A stretch of DNA of 36,236 nucleotides from a virus (Duplodnaviria > Caudoviricetes), in IMG/VR virus record IMGVR_UViG_3300002098_002199, positions 1-36,236 of that record, one strand, 5' to 3'. Position numbers and translations under genes: made by a program. The stretch's first letter is position 1. Each line of letters begins with the position of its first letter. This document shows, piece after piece, positions 7,363-16,454 of this stretch. The notes under the pieces are model-generated. The model worked only from the letters and a program-made list of their open reading frames with translations. It searched no databases and was not told the origin of the DNA.

Positions 7363-10155
7363 TTACCTCCGAAGTTTCATTCGTCGTGAAGCCTCAAAAG
7401 CCTGATCAGCCAATGAGCGACCGCCGACAGGTGAGAGTTGGAAAGAAGCGTTGAATGTGTCACCCGATGTCGTGTAGCTACTCCCACCAGTACCGCCACC
7501 ACCGGTGACGTATTGGGGGCGCACCATCCCACCATTCGCGTACCCCTGAATCGACCCTCCCGCGTTCATGAACTCAAGGGCGCGACGGTTCGCCGGGTCA
7601 GCCGTCGAACTGGCGTTCGTGATGAACTCACCACTGGCCGCGTGGATGTACATGTTGTCTGTGGCAGACGGCGCACCAGGAAGGATGCCACCGGCTGCAC
7701 GATCGGGGCCGAGAATACCCGAGCCGAGACGGCCGGAAACCGCAGTATTTAGGTTGATAGTGTTGCCGTTCCAGCGGTTGATAAACGCCCGGATCTTGTT
7801 GTCTGCATCAGCTACGTCAATGATTGCTTTCCATTGCGTGCTATCGGGAATTGCCGAAATCTCATCAGCAATCCGCTTAGCCTCATCAGCATTAGCACCG
7901 AGAGCAATCGCGCGATCATAAACAGCCTGATGGCCCGCCTCAAGAGTCAGCTTGTAGGCTGCCGTGTCACCATCAAGTTGGAACTGTGCATCAGCCGCAT
8001 CTCGGCCACCCTTCGCAAGATCATCCAACATTGACCGGTTGTTACGACCAGCTTCTGTTCCGATGTCTAACGTGGTCGCATAGCCTTCTGCACCCGAATT
8101 GTTGAGTGCAATCTGCGCATCCAAATCGTCAAGCGTTTGCTGATAAGCAATATTGGCCGCCGAAGCGTCAAGCCCGACTCCGTTAAGAATATTCATCGAG
8201 TCGATGAGCGTGGTGATCTTGTCATCAAGCGCAGCAGACTTGTCAGATGTTTCAAGATAAGCATCAGCCGCACTCAAAACTTCTGGCTCAGTCTTCTGCA
8301 AAGCAATTTTTAGAAGAGTCTGGTTGTCTGCCAACTGACCAGTTTCACTCGCCGCTGCAACTAGCGAATCTTTGAACGGTCCAGACTGATCAATAAGAGT
8401 CATGATCTGTTCATCAGTGAGGCTATATTCGTCACGAAGTTTACGCATAGCTGACTGCGCATCCGCCAAGGGCATCGAGCCTAAAGAGTCTCCAAGTTTT
8501 TGGAGACCATCGCGCATCCGGTCAGTGTTCTCTAAGTTCAGGTCCATCCAGTCAACTGCACCAGACAACGCACCAGCCCATCGAGTATCCATCGTTCCAG
8601 AAACAGAATCGAGAGTGCCACCAAGATCTTCAATGGCCCCGTTCATCTGGCCAAGTTCTGCACCAAACCACGCAGCACTATCGAAAGCAGCCTTCACCCC
8701 ATCACGGATCTTGCCATTGTTCAGGACGTTCGCAAGCTCCTCAGAGCTAACCCCAGCACCCTTCATTGCTCCCGTCAACGCTGTAACGGCTGCAACTGCG
8801 ACACCGATAGCCGCAACGATGCCAAGTGCCTTCATAGACGTGCCAACGATTGCGCTAGCCCGCTGGGCAGTAGGGCCAAGAACTTCAATCGCAGTGCGGT
8901 ATTCCGCGATTTTCGGAATTGCTACGAGGAAAGCCCCACCCGCAAGAGCCACCCCAGCAACCAAGACACCAAGTGCCAGTGTGGCCTGCTGGACGCTTAC
9001 GGGCGCACCGTTGAAAACATCAAGTAGATTCGTGGCTGTCTGGACCAGAAGACGCAATGCATCATCCGACGCAGACCCAGTTGTGATTAGTGCAGTGTCA
9101 AAAGCTCCCCCGAGCTGTTCAACATCACCCTTCAAATTGTCTAGGCGTGTCGCAGCAGTTTCGGCCGCATAACCAGCATCGTTGACGGATGCTTCCCACT
9201 TAGCAATCCCGTCCGCGCCCTCAGAGTAAAGAACTGTGGCGGCACGAACAGCATCAGAGCCGAAGATTTGCGCGAGCGCCGCGTTGCGTTGCTCAACTGT
9301 CAAACCCTTAAGAGAGTCCTGCAAGTTACCAGCAAACTTCTCCATCCCGATGAAGTTTCCCTGCGCGTCATAAGCAGAAATCCCGAGACGGTCCATCTCC
9401 TTCTTCGACTCAGCAGACACCGGTGTGAGGCGTTGAAGCATCGACTTGAACGAAGTACCAGCGTCAGAACCAAGAAGGCCCTGAGCCGCGAACGCTGAGA
9501 GTGTCGCCGTCGTTTCCTCGATCGTGAGCCCAGTAGAGGCGGCAACCTGGCCCGACTGTGCGAGAGCCGAAGCAAGATCCGTCACATCACCCATTGCTTT
9601 ACCCGCACCAGCCGCCAACAGGTCGGCAACATGGGTCATGTCCGAGCCTTCAAGCTTGAACGTTTTGAGAGCTACCGCAGCAATACCAGCCGCATCAGCA
9701 ACACCCAGCCCACCAGCTGCGGCGAGAGATAGAGCCCCGTCGAGCCCACCGCCCAAAATGTCAGCAGTAGTCAGGCCAGCCCTGCCGAGCTCTTCGATCG
9801 CATTGGCAGATTCCGTGGCAGAAAACACGGTGCGCGCGCCAGCATCAAGCGCCGCATCACGTAACAGGTTCATGTTGTCGGCAGTCTCATGAGTGGCTGC
9901 CGCGACGAACGACATTGCCTCATCGAAGTCAGCAAACTTCTTGATCGCTAGGCCAACACCAACAGCCGCGAGGGTGCCGATAGCTAGGAGACCTGTACCA
10001 ATAGTGGTCATGGCTTGGTTCTGTGCCGCAAACTTCGCAGACGCATCCTCAGAAGCCTTTGAACTATCAGCCGTCGCCTTGCGGGCCTGTTCCATCCCAG
10101 CCACATAGTTCGACACTTGGGCCGTTAGCGAAACCTTCACGACTCTGTCCGCCAT
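7363..10155 (-). CDS. Tape measure protein, 930 aa
   Basis: Long Ala/Gly-rich helical ORF with TP901-type core (FSATESANAIEEL, GSDAGTSFKSML, RLDNLKGDVEQL). Confidence 0.95.
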   Translation of the reverse strand: MADRVVKVSLTAQVSNYVAGMEQARKATADSSKASEDASAKFAAQNQAMTTIGTGLLAIGTLAAVGVGLAIKKFADFDEAMSFVAAATHETADNMNLLRDAALDAGARTVFSATESANAIEELGRAGLTTADILGGGLDGALSLAAAGGLGVADAAGIAAVALKTFKLEGSDMTHVADLLAAGAGKAMGDVTDLASALAQSGQVAASTGLTIEETTATLSAFAAQGLLGSDAGTSFKSMLQRLTPVSAESKKEMDRLGISAYDAQGNFIGMEKFAGNLQDSLKGLTVEQRNAALAQIFGSDAVRAATVLYSEGADGIAKWEASVNDAGYAAETAATRLDNLKGDVEQLGGAFDTALITTGSASDDALRLLVQTATNLLDVFNGAPVSVQQATLALGVLVAGVALAGGAFLVAIPKIAEYRTAIEVLGPTAQRASAIVGTSMKALGIVAAIGVAVAAVTALTGAMKGAGVSSEELANVLNNGKIRDGVKAAFDSAAWFGAELGQMNGAIEDLGGTLDSVSGTMDTRWAGALSGAVDWMDLNLENTDRMRDGLQKLGDSLGSMPLADAQSAMRKLRDEYSLTDEQIMTLIDQSGPFKDSLVAAASETGQLADNQTLLKIALQKTEPEVLSAADAYLETSDKSAALDDKITTLIDSMNILNGVGLDASAANIAYQQTLDDLDAQIALNNSGAEGYATTLDIGTEAGRNNRSMLDDLAKGGRDAADAQFQLDGDTAAYKLTLEAGHQAVYDRAIALGANADEAKRIADEISAIPDSTQWKAIIDVADADNKIRAFINRWNGNTINLNTAVSGRLGSGILGPDRAAGGILPGAPSATDNMYIHAASGEFITNASSTADPANRRALEFMNAGGSIQGYANGGMVRPQYVTGGGGTGGSSYTTSGDTFNASFQLSPVGGRSLADQAFEASRRMKLRR

Positions 10156-10199
10156 GGGAAACCTCCAAAAATGCCAGAAACTGGCGTAGGGTCGAGATC

Positions 10200-10604
10200 A
10201 TGAAAAAACTCGGGGGATTCTTACTTATTGGCGTGCTAGCACTCAGCGGGTGTAGTTCAGCAACACCGGAACCAGTCGCAACCATTGCGGCGAAGGACAA
10301 CAAAGCTGCTTGCCAACTATTTGAAACAGTGGCGATTGACCTTGCGAACACGATGGTCACCGGATCGACCGCAGAAACAGCCGATGAGTTCGTGAGCCAC
10401 CTTGACAAAATGCCGGGCCGCTTCGATGAAGCAATGCTCATGAGTGACGGCGATGTGAAAACCCGAATCGGCACGTTGATAACAGGATTGCCCACACGTG
10501 TTGCAGACTTATATGTTGACCAAGGCTCCTTCTTCACTGATATGGCATCAGTGAAACGCGCGTGCGGTGCTGAAGGTGTCGATATTCTGGAGCAGCTGGG
10601 CTAA
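10200..10604 (+). CDS. Lipoprotein moron on the opposite strand (superinfection-exclusion candidate), 134 aa
   Basis: True start likely ATG 10200: MKKLGGFLLIGVLALSGC with lipobox LSGC; -10-like TAGGGT 7 nt upstream; two further Cys. Confidence 0.75.
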   Translation: MKKLGGFLLIGVLALSGCSSATPEPVATIAAKDNKAACQLFETVAIDLANTMVTGSTAETADEFVSHLDKMPGRFDEAMLMSDGDVKTRIGTLITGLPTRVADLYVDQGSFFTDMASVKRACGAEGVDILEQLG

Positions 10605-11032
10605 CCCTCGATCTCTTCGACGGTGTAGTAATGCCCGTTTTGGTTCACCACGGCATCCTTCGGGAATGACGCGCGGTAAGCGTCCTCTTTATCGAGTTCA
10701 GCTTTCTTCGCCCAATCCGTGAACGGACCATGACCGACATAACGTAGTGCGGTCCCGTACTCGTTCGGATCAGCACCCGGACTCGTTGACTTCGCTAACG
10801 AATGCCCGTGTGGGCCACGATCCGATTCATATCGTGCAAACGCCAGAAGCAAGCCGACATCCTCAGCAGAAAACTCGCCCTCGCGTGTGGTCGTTGACGA
10901 AACCATCACGCCATCCGAATACTCGAACGTTGTTGTTTCGGCAGGTTCCCACCCAGCCAAACGCCGAGGAGAAACCCCCAGGCGAACAGCAAGGCTCAGC
11001 TCATCCTTTAGGCGGGACGAGTCGCCAATTCT
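10601..11032 (-). CDS. Tail assembly chaperone, frameshifted C-terminal part (gpT-like)
   Basis: The -1 frame is open from the GGTAAAAG site (11031-11038) through RIGDSSRLKDELSLAVRLGVSPRRLAGWEP into the listed 10601..10960 ORF. Confidence 0.75.
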   Translation of the reverse strand, partial: RIGDSSRLKDELSLAVRLGVSPRRLAGWEPAETTTFEYSDGVMVSSTTTREGEFSAEDVGLLLAFARYESDRGPHGHSLAKSTSPGADPNEYGTALRYVGHGPFTDWAKKAELDKEDAYRASFPKDAVVNQNGHYYTVEEIEG

Positions 11033-11586
11033 TTTACCAAGCTCGCAACCCGTGAGGCCGGTTCGTACTCGTTCAGTTCATAGATTGCATCAACAATCAG
11101 CCCGAACTCAAAACCGGAAACAGTGGTGAGCAGATCAGCCCACTCATTGACCGCAGGAACACCAGCAGAAGCCGGGGAAACAACCAACGGCACCAGTTCC
11201 CCACCCTCAACACGAACACCGCTCAGGGGTGCTGCGAGGGCGCACACGGCGTGCATGTTGTACCCGTATTGACGGTCAATCGCCGCATCAAGGCGCACGG
11301 GGCACCGGGCGGTAACCTCAGCCCAATCAACACCACTCATCCGAGAAAAACGGAGAGTCACCAACGAATCAGCAGTGAGAGCAAGAAGCTCATCCAACTG
11401 TTCCTGAATCAGATCAGGAGCCGACTTCGCAGCCAAACGTGCATCAGGATTGGCTTTCGCTTTCGCCATCGCCTCCACCAACTCAGCGCGACGCTCAGAA
11501 ACATCCGCATCCAAAGAAACAACAACATCACGAAACGGTTTGACAGCCGCTTTCGCGCTTGCAAGACGATCAGAAAAACTAGACAT
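11008..11586 (-). CDS. Tail assembly chaperone (gpG-like)
   Basis: Between major tail and tape measure genes; slippery site near the 3' end. Confidence 0.8.
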   Translation of the reverse strand: MSSFSDRLASAKAAVKPFRDVVVSLDADVSERRAELVEAMAKAKANPDARLAAKSAPDLIQEQLDELLALTADSLVTLRFSRMSGVDWAEVTARCPVRLDAAIDRQYGYNMHAVCALAAPLSGVRVEGGELVPLVVSPASAGVPAVNEWADLLTTVSGFEFGLIVDAIYELNEYEPASRVASLVKELATRPA

Positions 11587-11677
11587 TCTTTATCTCCACC
11601 CATAAACCCACCGGTGAGGTGAAACCCCGCGACCTGCCCGGTGGAGAACAGGCCGCGGGAACCAATGAAACGGTTTG

Positions 11678-12184
11678 CTAACCGACAGCCACGAGGGCAA
11701 CAGCACCCGTGATTGCAGTCATCTGCATGTACGTGAACTTGCCGGTCCCATCGAGAGGACCCTCGATCTGGGCGCCTAGCTTCACCGGAACAACACGGAC
11801 CATGTCGCCCGCGGTGATCAGCTCGGACTGGTCAACCCCGCGACGCTCCACGAAGAAACCCGCCGCGTTCTCGACCAGGACAACAGCAGCGGAACCCTCA
11901 GCAACAGAATCGACGTAGCCGAGATCCAGAGTGCGGGCAGTCTTGCCGAGCGTCTCGAAAGTCTGAGGGGAAGTGAGGCGGTCGTCAGTGCCCTTGACCT
12001 GCGTACCGGCCAAAGTCCAACCAGTAGCGGTGAACGAGTAGGTGACACGGAAAGCGCCAGTAGCTCCAATTTCGAGCGCGGTCGGTGCAGCTGGATCCGC
12101 AATAGTGGGAACCCACCAGACGGTGAGATTTCCCAACTGGTCAACGGCTGGGGGTCCTGCGTAGTCTTCTTGGACGTCTGTCAT
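11678..12184 (-). CDS. Major tail protein, 168 aa
   Basis: Start MTDVQED at 12184 with SD AAGGA; W-VPTIADP-x-APT-x-x-E motif of actinophage tail tube proteins. Confidence 0.85.
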   Translation of the reverse strand: MTDVQEDYAGPPAVDQLGNLTVWWVPTIADPAAPTALEIGATGAFRVTYSFTATGWTLAGTQVKGTDDRLTSPQTFETLGKTARTLDLGYVDSVAEGSAAVVLVENAAGFFVERRGVDQSELITAGDMVRVVPVKLGAQIEGPLDGTGKFTYMQMTAITGAVALVAVG

Positions 12185-12255
12185 GGGGTTTTCCTTTCGG
12201 TTGTTCCCCAAAGTGGGGTTTTGTCTCCTGAGGTACAGGAGAGGTATTTGGGTAC

Positions 12256-12282
12256 AAAAAAGGCACACGATGTCGTGTGCCT
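12256..12282 (-). terminator. Intrinsic terminator upstream of the major tail gene
   Basis: Perfect inverted repeat AGGCACACGA/TCGTGTGCCT with T-tract on -. Confidence 0.7.
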
Positions 12283-12300
12283 GAATGAAACGGTGTGGGG

Positions 12301-12450
12301 TTAGAGCTTGGGGCTCTCAATAATTTCGGGGACAACCTCAACAGGCTTGACCCGCTTCTGTGGAACCCAACCTGCCGCCGCATAAGCAGCAACATTGTGG
12401 TCCGGAATCTCCATCGTGTTACCAGTGTGCTTGTTCGTGAAAAGTGCCAT
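12301..12450 (-). CDS. 49-aa hypothetical virion-associated protein (not in ORF track)
   Basis: MALFTNKHTGNTMEIPDHNVAAYAAAGWVPQKRVKPVEVVPEIIESPKL; SD-like GAAAGG; fills the gap between tail terminator and major tail genes. Confidence 0.65.
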   Translation of the reverse strand: MALFTNKHTGNTMEIPDHNVAAYAAAGWVPQKRVKPVEVVPEIIESPKL

Positions 12451-12463
12451 GATCTGCCTTTCG

Positions 12464-12883
12464 TTACGCGCGAGACGATCTCAGAGTGAATTCTGAATCC
12501 GCATAAAACAATGGAGGACTCACCGCGTTATCGGCGCGAACCTCAGTAGAAAAATCGAACGTCAACGGCGAACAACGACGGCCCGCGATGACAGGGACAA
12601 ACCCGAGCAACTGCGCGAACACCTTCTGCAAAGCAGAACGGACACCATCAGCAGACGGCGACACTGCTCGCACCGTGTACACATACGTCGCATCTGATGA
12701 CATCGACTGCCCAGCCGACAGACGAACATCATCAAACGAGTCAGGAGCACCGCCGAACAGGATCGTGTACGTCCCAATAACCGGCGCGCCATCTTCCATC
12801 AGAGCCGAATCGTAAACACCACGCGACGCAAGAGCGGCATCAGCCAGGAGACGATTCTTGACAGCCTCAAAATGTTCTCTCAT
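12464..12883 (-). CDS. Tail terminator protein
   Basis: Synteny (last neck gene before the tail tube); size; ATGA coupling. Confidence 0.7.
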   Translation of the reverse strand: MREHFEAVKNRLLADAALASRGVYDSALMEDGAPVIGTYTILFGGAPDSFDDVRLSAGQSMSSDATYVYTVRAVSPSADGVRSALQKVFAQLLGFVPVIAGRRCSPLTFDFSTEVRADNAVSPPLFYADSEFTLRSSRA

Positions 12884-13275
12884 TTCAGCGCATCCTCCCC
12901 AGCAATCGCCAAACCATTCATAAAGTCAGCCTCATTCTTTGAAGCAGCCTTACGCCCAGAATGTTGCGGTGCCGAATTGACCCCACCAGGTGCATCCTCC
13001 AAGAAGCCGAAAGACCCACCACGGCGGCTCAGATTAGGGCCAACCTCAGCGCCAATCGAACCGTCAGTGTCGAGCACCATCGTGTAGTCAACTGATGATG
13101 GGTAGGCGCGAGAACCGCGAGACTGAATCGACGGAATATCTTCTTTCCAGTCGTCTTTCACATTCCGGGCTGTGACCTCAACGGCTTTGCGAATCAACGG
13201 GATCATCTTCACCGGTGCCGCACCAATGAGTGCTGTGAGCTGGTTGACCTCCGAGAAGTCAAACGAGATACTCAC
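12880..13275 (-). CDS. HK97 gp10-like neck protein
   Basis: AEVGP..GFLE..SAPQ motifs; synteny. Confidence 0.7.
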   Translation of the reverse strand: MSISFDFSEVNQLTALIGAAPVKMIPLIRKAVEVTARNVKDDWKEDIPSIQSRGSRAYPSSVDYTMVLDTDGSIGAEVGPNLSRRGGSFGFLEDAPGGVNSAPQHSGRKAASKNEADFMNGLAIAGEDALK

Positions 13276-13667
13276 GAGACCTCCTCGACCGGGAACCGGT
13301 GCGCTGTGACCTGACCAGACTGTGCATTGCCCGTGACCCGAAACACGCGACCGATTAACGCAGGATCAGCTGTGGAAGCCGTCACTGTCACAAAATGGTT
13401 CGTGCGCACATCCGGGGCCGAGCCAACAGCCACATGGACATTCACCGACTGCGTGGCGAACACTTGCCCCACTGCCGAACGCTCCGAAACGGTCAAAGTC
13501 GGATACTTCACCCGGCCCGCGACCGTGTGCAAAACAGTGACCGCCTCAACATCTTCCAATGTGTCAGGGTCAACCGTCGTGCCATTGAGGATATAGAAGC
13601 GAAGAGTCTCAGTGAACCTTCCAGCAGCCTTCGCGCGGCCACGAACAAGCATCTGATTCGAAACCAT
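13272..13667 (-). CDS. Head-to-tail stopper (DUF6093-like)
   Basis: RGRA-x-A..DP-x-T..DP-x-L-x-GR-x-FRV..TA-x-R-x-PVEEV pattern; synteny. Confidence 0.75.
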   Translation of the reverse strand: MVSNQMLVRGRAKAAGRFTETLRFYILNGTTVDPDTLEDVEAVTVLHTVAGRVKYPTLTVSERSAVGQVFATQSVNVHVAVGSAPDVRTNHFVTVTASTADPALIGRVFRVTGNAQSGQVTAHRFPVEEVS

Positions 13668-13676
13668 ACGAGCCTC

Positions 13677-14138
13677 CTAATACCAAGGGAAATAAACGCC
13701 CGGCGTAGTCGTAGGAACCCAACTGACCGAAGTATCCGGCAGTTCAGCACGAGTAGTCGAAACCGTACCCAAGCCGCCCACATTGCCGGGGCGCAAAGGT
13801 GAAAGCATCCGCTTTTCCGAAGCCGTCAAATATGCGCCGGACTCGTCAACTTTCCACGACTCCGACAGATCATCAATGCCGCTACGGGTCTGCGCATTCC
13901 GGTTGTCGTACACACGCGACGCGCAATAGATGGTGACCATTACAGCCTCATCGGGGACCGAAGTAACCAAAACGCCTACGTCATCCGCCCACGTCTGCCC
14001 TGATTCTTTACGAACCAGAGCAGACGCAAGACGAAGACACATCACGGCGCGCTTGTACTCAGATGACCCCTCCGCAATGGAGTCGCCCACCCAATCAGCA
14101 AGCTCAGTTACCCCAGCAATCGTTGCCAGGGCCACCAT
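13677..14138 (-). CDS. Head-to-tail adaptor, 153 aa
   Basis: Start MVALATI at 14138; L-x-x-AS-x-LVR, RVY-x-N and YLT-x-x-E-x-x-x-L motifs; follows capsid. Confidence 0.8.
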   Translation of the reverse strand: MVALATIAGVTELADWVGDSIAEGSSEYKRAVMCLRLASALVRKESGQTWADDVGVLVTSVPDEAVMVTIYCASRVYDNRNAQTRSGIDDLSESWKVDESGAYLTASEKRMLSPLRPGNVGGLGTVSTTRAELPDTSVSWVPTTTPGVYFPWY

Positions 14139-14140
14139 GA

Positions 14141-15031
14141 CTAAACTGCCAGCGAAACGGAAACGGCGCGTGCAGCGTCGAGCGTTGCTGCACCATAGAA
14201 GGTGTCCACAACAGACTGGTCTTCCAGCTGGATGGGGTTGTAGTGCTGGATCCAACGCAGCGCGAAACCATCCTGTGCGACGGTTGCCGACTTGGCAGCG
14301 CCTTCAGGGTTACGCGACGGGCGGGTGACGTGAGCAAAAGCGTCCTTGTGGTACGCGATAGCGAAGTCAGAGGCAAGACCCTGATCGGCAACCAGATCGA
14401 ATCCGAAGAGACGGCCAATGGTTGCGTTACGGAGAACCTCGGACGAACCGGACTCGTTGACCTTCTGAAGCTGAGTGAGCGAAAGAATCGCAGCCTCAAT
14501 GTCAGCACCAACAGCGAACGTACGGCCAGCAGTGGGGACGTGGCGCTCGTTGAGAACCTGACGCAGCTTGATCAGAACAGCCATGATGTTCGAGCCATCC
14601 GCAGCAACCGGAGGGACACTCGCGTCAGTGGCAATCGCGGCCATCTCCACGAGGAGCGGCGAAGCAAGCTCGTCCACGATCGACTCGGCCTGAGGCTTGA
14701 GAACCTGACGAGTCAGATCTTCAAGAGTGAAGGTGTTGAAGTTGTCCGGCAGACGGATCGCGTTGTAAACCTGATTTTCCAGAGTTACAGGGGTCCACGT
14801 CTGCGCGAGATCACCAAAGCTAATGGCAGTACGTGCAGTGCGGTTGGCGGGGGTGTAAACCTGTGCAGCACCAGCACTGATCGGGCCGAGCACGTTGACA
14901 GTCTGACCGCGGCCAGCAACAAACTCCGAAGAGAAGTCCTGACGAACGGTGCGGGGAAGGTTGGACAACCAACGAAGCGACGCGAGAGTCGCAACTGCTG
15001 CCTGTTCGGGGGTGTAAAGAGTGTTTGCCAC
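14141..15031 (-). CDS. Major capsid protein (P22 coat-like family, HK97 fold)
   Basis: G-x-TVNV, QVL-x-PQ, L-x-x-x-x-VP-x-x-GR, IGRL-x-GF and AYH-x-x-AF motifs; SD AAGGAGG. Confidence 0.9.
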   Translation of the reverse strand: MANTLYTPEQAAVATLASLRWLSNLPRTVRQDFSSEFVAGRGQTVNVLGPISAGAAQVYTPANRTARTAISFGDLAQTWTPVTLENQVYNAIRLPDNFNTFTLEDLTRQVLKPQAESIVDELASPLLVEMAAIATDASVPPVAADGSNIMAVLIKLRQVLNERHVPTAGRTFAVGADIEAAILSLTQLQKVNESGSSEVLRNATIGRLFGFDLVADQGLASDFAIAYHKDAFAHVTRPSRNPEGAAKSATVAQDGFALRWIQHYNPIQLEDQSVVDTFYGAATLDAARAVSVSLAV

Positions 15032-15054
15032 GATGGGCCTCCTTGGTTAAATGC

Positions 15055-15080
15055 AAAAGCACCACCGGGCGGTGGTGCTT
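15055..15080 (-). terminator. Terminator-like hairpin between scaffold and capsid genes
   Basis: AAGCACCACC-GCCC-GGTGGTGCTTTT on -. Confidence 0.55.
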
Positions 15081-15573
15081 AGTTTCTGAACATCTTCTCT
15101 GCGAACTCATCCACATCGAGGTTGTTGTTTTGCTGCTGGGTTGGATCCCCGCCGCCGCGAAGAGACTCACGAGACTGTTGCGTTGGCGGCTTCTTTGTGC
15201 CGCCAAACAGTTCCATCAGTTCTTCAGCGTCTTGCAGTATTTCCGCCTCAGTCGTGCCAGATAGACGCTTCACAAGAGACTCGGGGAGTCCATGCTTCAC
15301 ACCGATACGAAGACGCAAGTTCTCAGCCTCCAGGGCTGTGACGCGTTCCACATCACCTGCTGAACCATCCGCCTTAGCTTCCGCCTCGGTCGCACGCTTC
15401 CGCAGATTGCGGTTCTCTGAGTTGATCTTCCGAATTTTCTCTCGCGCCTTGTCAGCGTCGAAAGTTCCCTGATCTTCAGTTTCTTCAGTTTCAGAATCAG
15501 CCTCCGGGGCGTTTTCCTCTACTTCATCAACATCTGAGGTGTCAGGTGTATCGGGTGTACCGTTGTCGTCCAT
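15079..15573 (-). CDS. Capsid scaffolding protein
   Basis: Acidic N-terminus, coiled coil, HGLP..RL-x-G-x-T-x-x-EI-x-x-DA motif; precedes capsid. Confidence 0.85.
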   Translation of the reverse strand: MDDNGTPDTPDTSDVDEVEENAPEADSETEETEDQGTFDADKAREKIRKINSENRNLRKRATEAEAKADGSAGDVERVTALEAENLRLRIGVKHGLPESLVKRLSGTTEAEILQDAEELMELFGGTKKPPTQQSRESLRGGGDPTQQQNNNLDVDEFAEKMFRN

Positions 15574-15644
15574 TAGCCCTCCTGGGGCGTTCAGGCTGCC
15601 ACCAAGGGCAGCGGGTTACCCAACCTCACGCGAGGTTGAGAAAT

Positions 15645-16454
15645 CTATTTGTTGCGCGAGAGTGGCGAGTCTCGAAAAATGCCTGTTTCGCGCATCCGGT
15701 AAAGGATCGTGTCAGTCGGCCGGCCCGGAGCAGGAGCAACACGGCGCCCATCAACACGGGTTGCCTCCTCGGCAGCCTTGTCGTAGTTGTCGATGTATTC
15801 CTGCTCACGCTCGGACGGCTTCCACTCGCCGTAAACAATCTCCGCAGTGCAATTGCAGTGCCCGTGATACCGCAGACCCGAACCGGCAACAGCGGATGCT
15901 TTCGCCTGCGAACCATAAACAGGGCCACGAGTCGCAAGCATTGCGCAGAACGTGCACGGGTTACCGCTCGTCACACGCCGCCAACCGATCGCAGACGGGT
16001 CGTTGCTTGTAGTCAAATCGACAAGCTTCCGACCGCCCTGCAATGCTTCCCGGCGAACAATGCCGGAAAACTTGGTGAGCGCCGAAGCTGGAGCATCCGC
16101 CGAACGTGTGCCCGTACCGATAAGCGTTTTCACGCGCACCGGACCAGCCAACACAAGCGCAGCAGACTCCGCCCGAATATCGAACGGTGCCGACACAATC
16201 GGTGCAACTCGAGTCACACCCTCCGCCGCCCGATATTCGGAAACATAGGCAGTGGCCAAAGTGACAGACTCAGCCTGAAAACGTCGAACAGACTCAACAT
16301 TCGCCGCAACCCATTGCGGAGTAGATGCATCCAAATCAGCAACCCTCAGCAACGGCCACAAGGCACGCCCCACAGCCTCAGCACGGTTAGCAATCGCCAA
16401 CTGTGCCAAGCGGTGAGCCTCGGTCAGACGTTTACCCTCAGCCGTTAGTGCCAT
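15645..16454 (-). CDS. MuF/VG15-like head protein (often annotated capsid maturation protease)
   Basis: W-x-RV..C-x-FC-x-MLA-x-RG-x-VY..YH-x-HC-x-C motif; after portal. Confidence 0.8.
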   Translation of the reverse strand: MALTAEGKRLTEAHRLAQLAIANRAEAVGRALWPLLRVADLDASTPQWVAANVESVRRFQAESVTLATAYVSEYRAAEGVTRVAPIVSAPFDIRAESAALVLAGPVRVKTLIGTGTRSADAPASALTKFSGIVRREALQGGRKLVDLTTSNDPSAIGWRRVTSGNPCTFCAMLATRGPVYGSQAKASAVAGSGLRYHGHCNCTAEIVYGEWKPSEREQEYIDNYDKAAEEATRVDGRRVAPAPGRPTDTILYRMRETGIFRDSPLSRNK

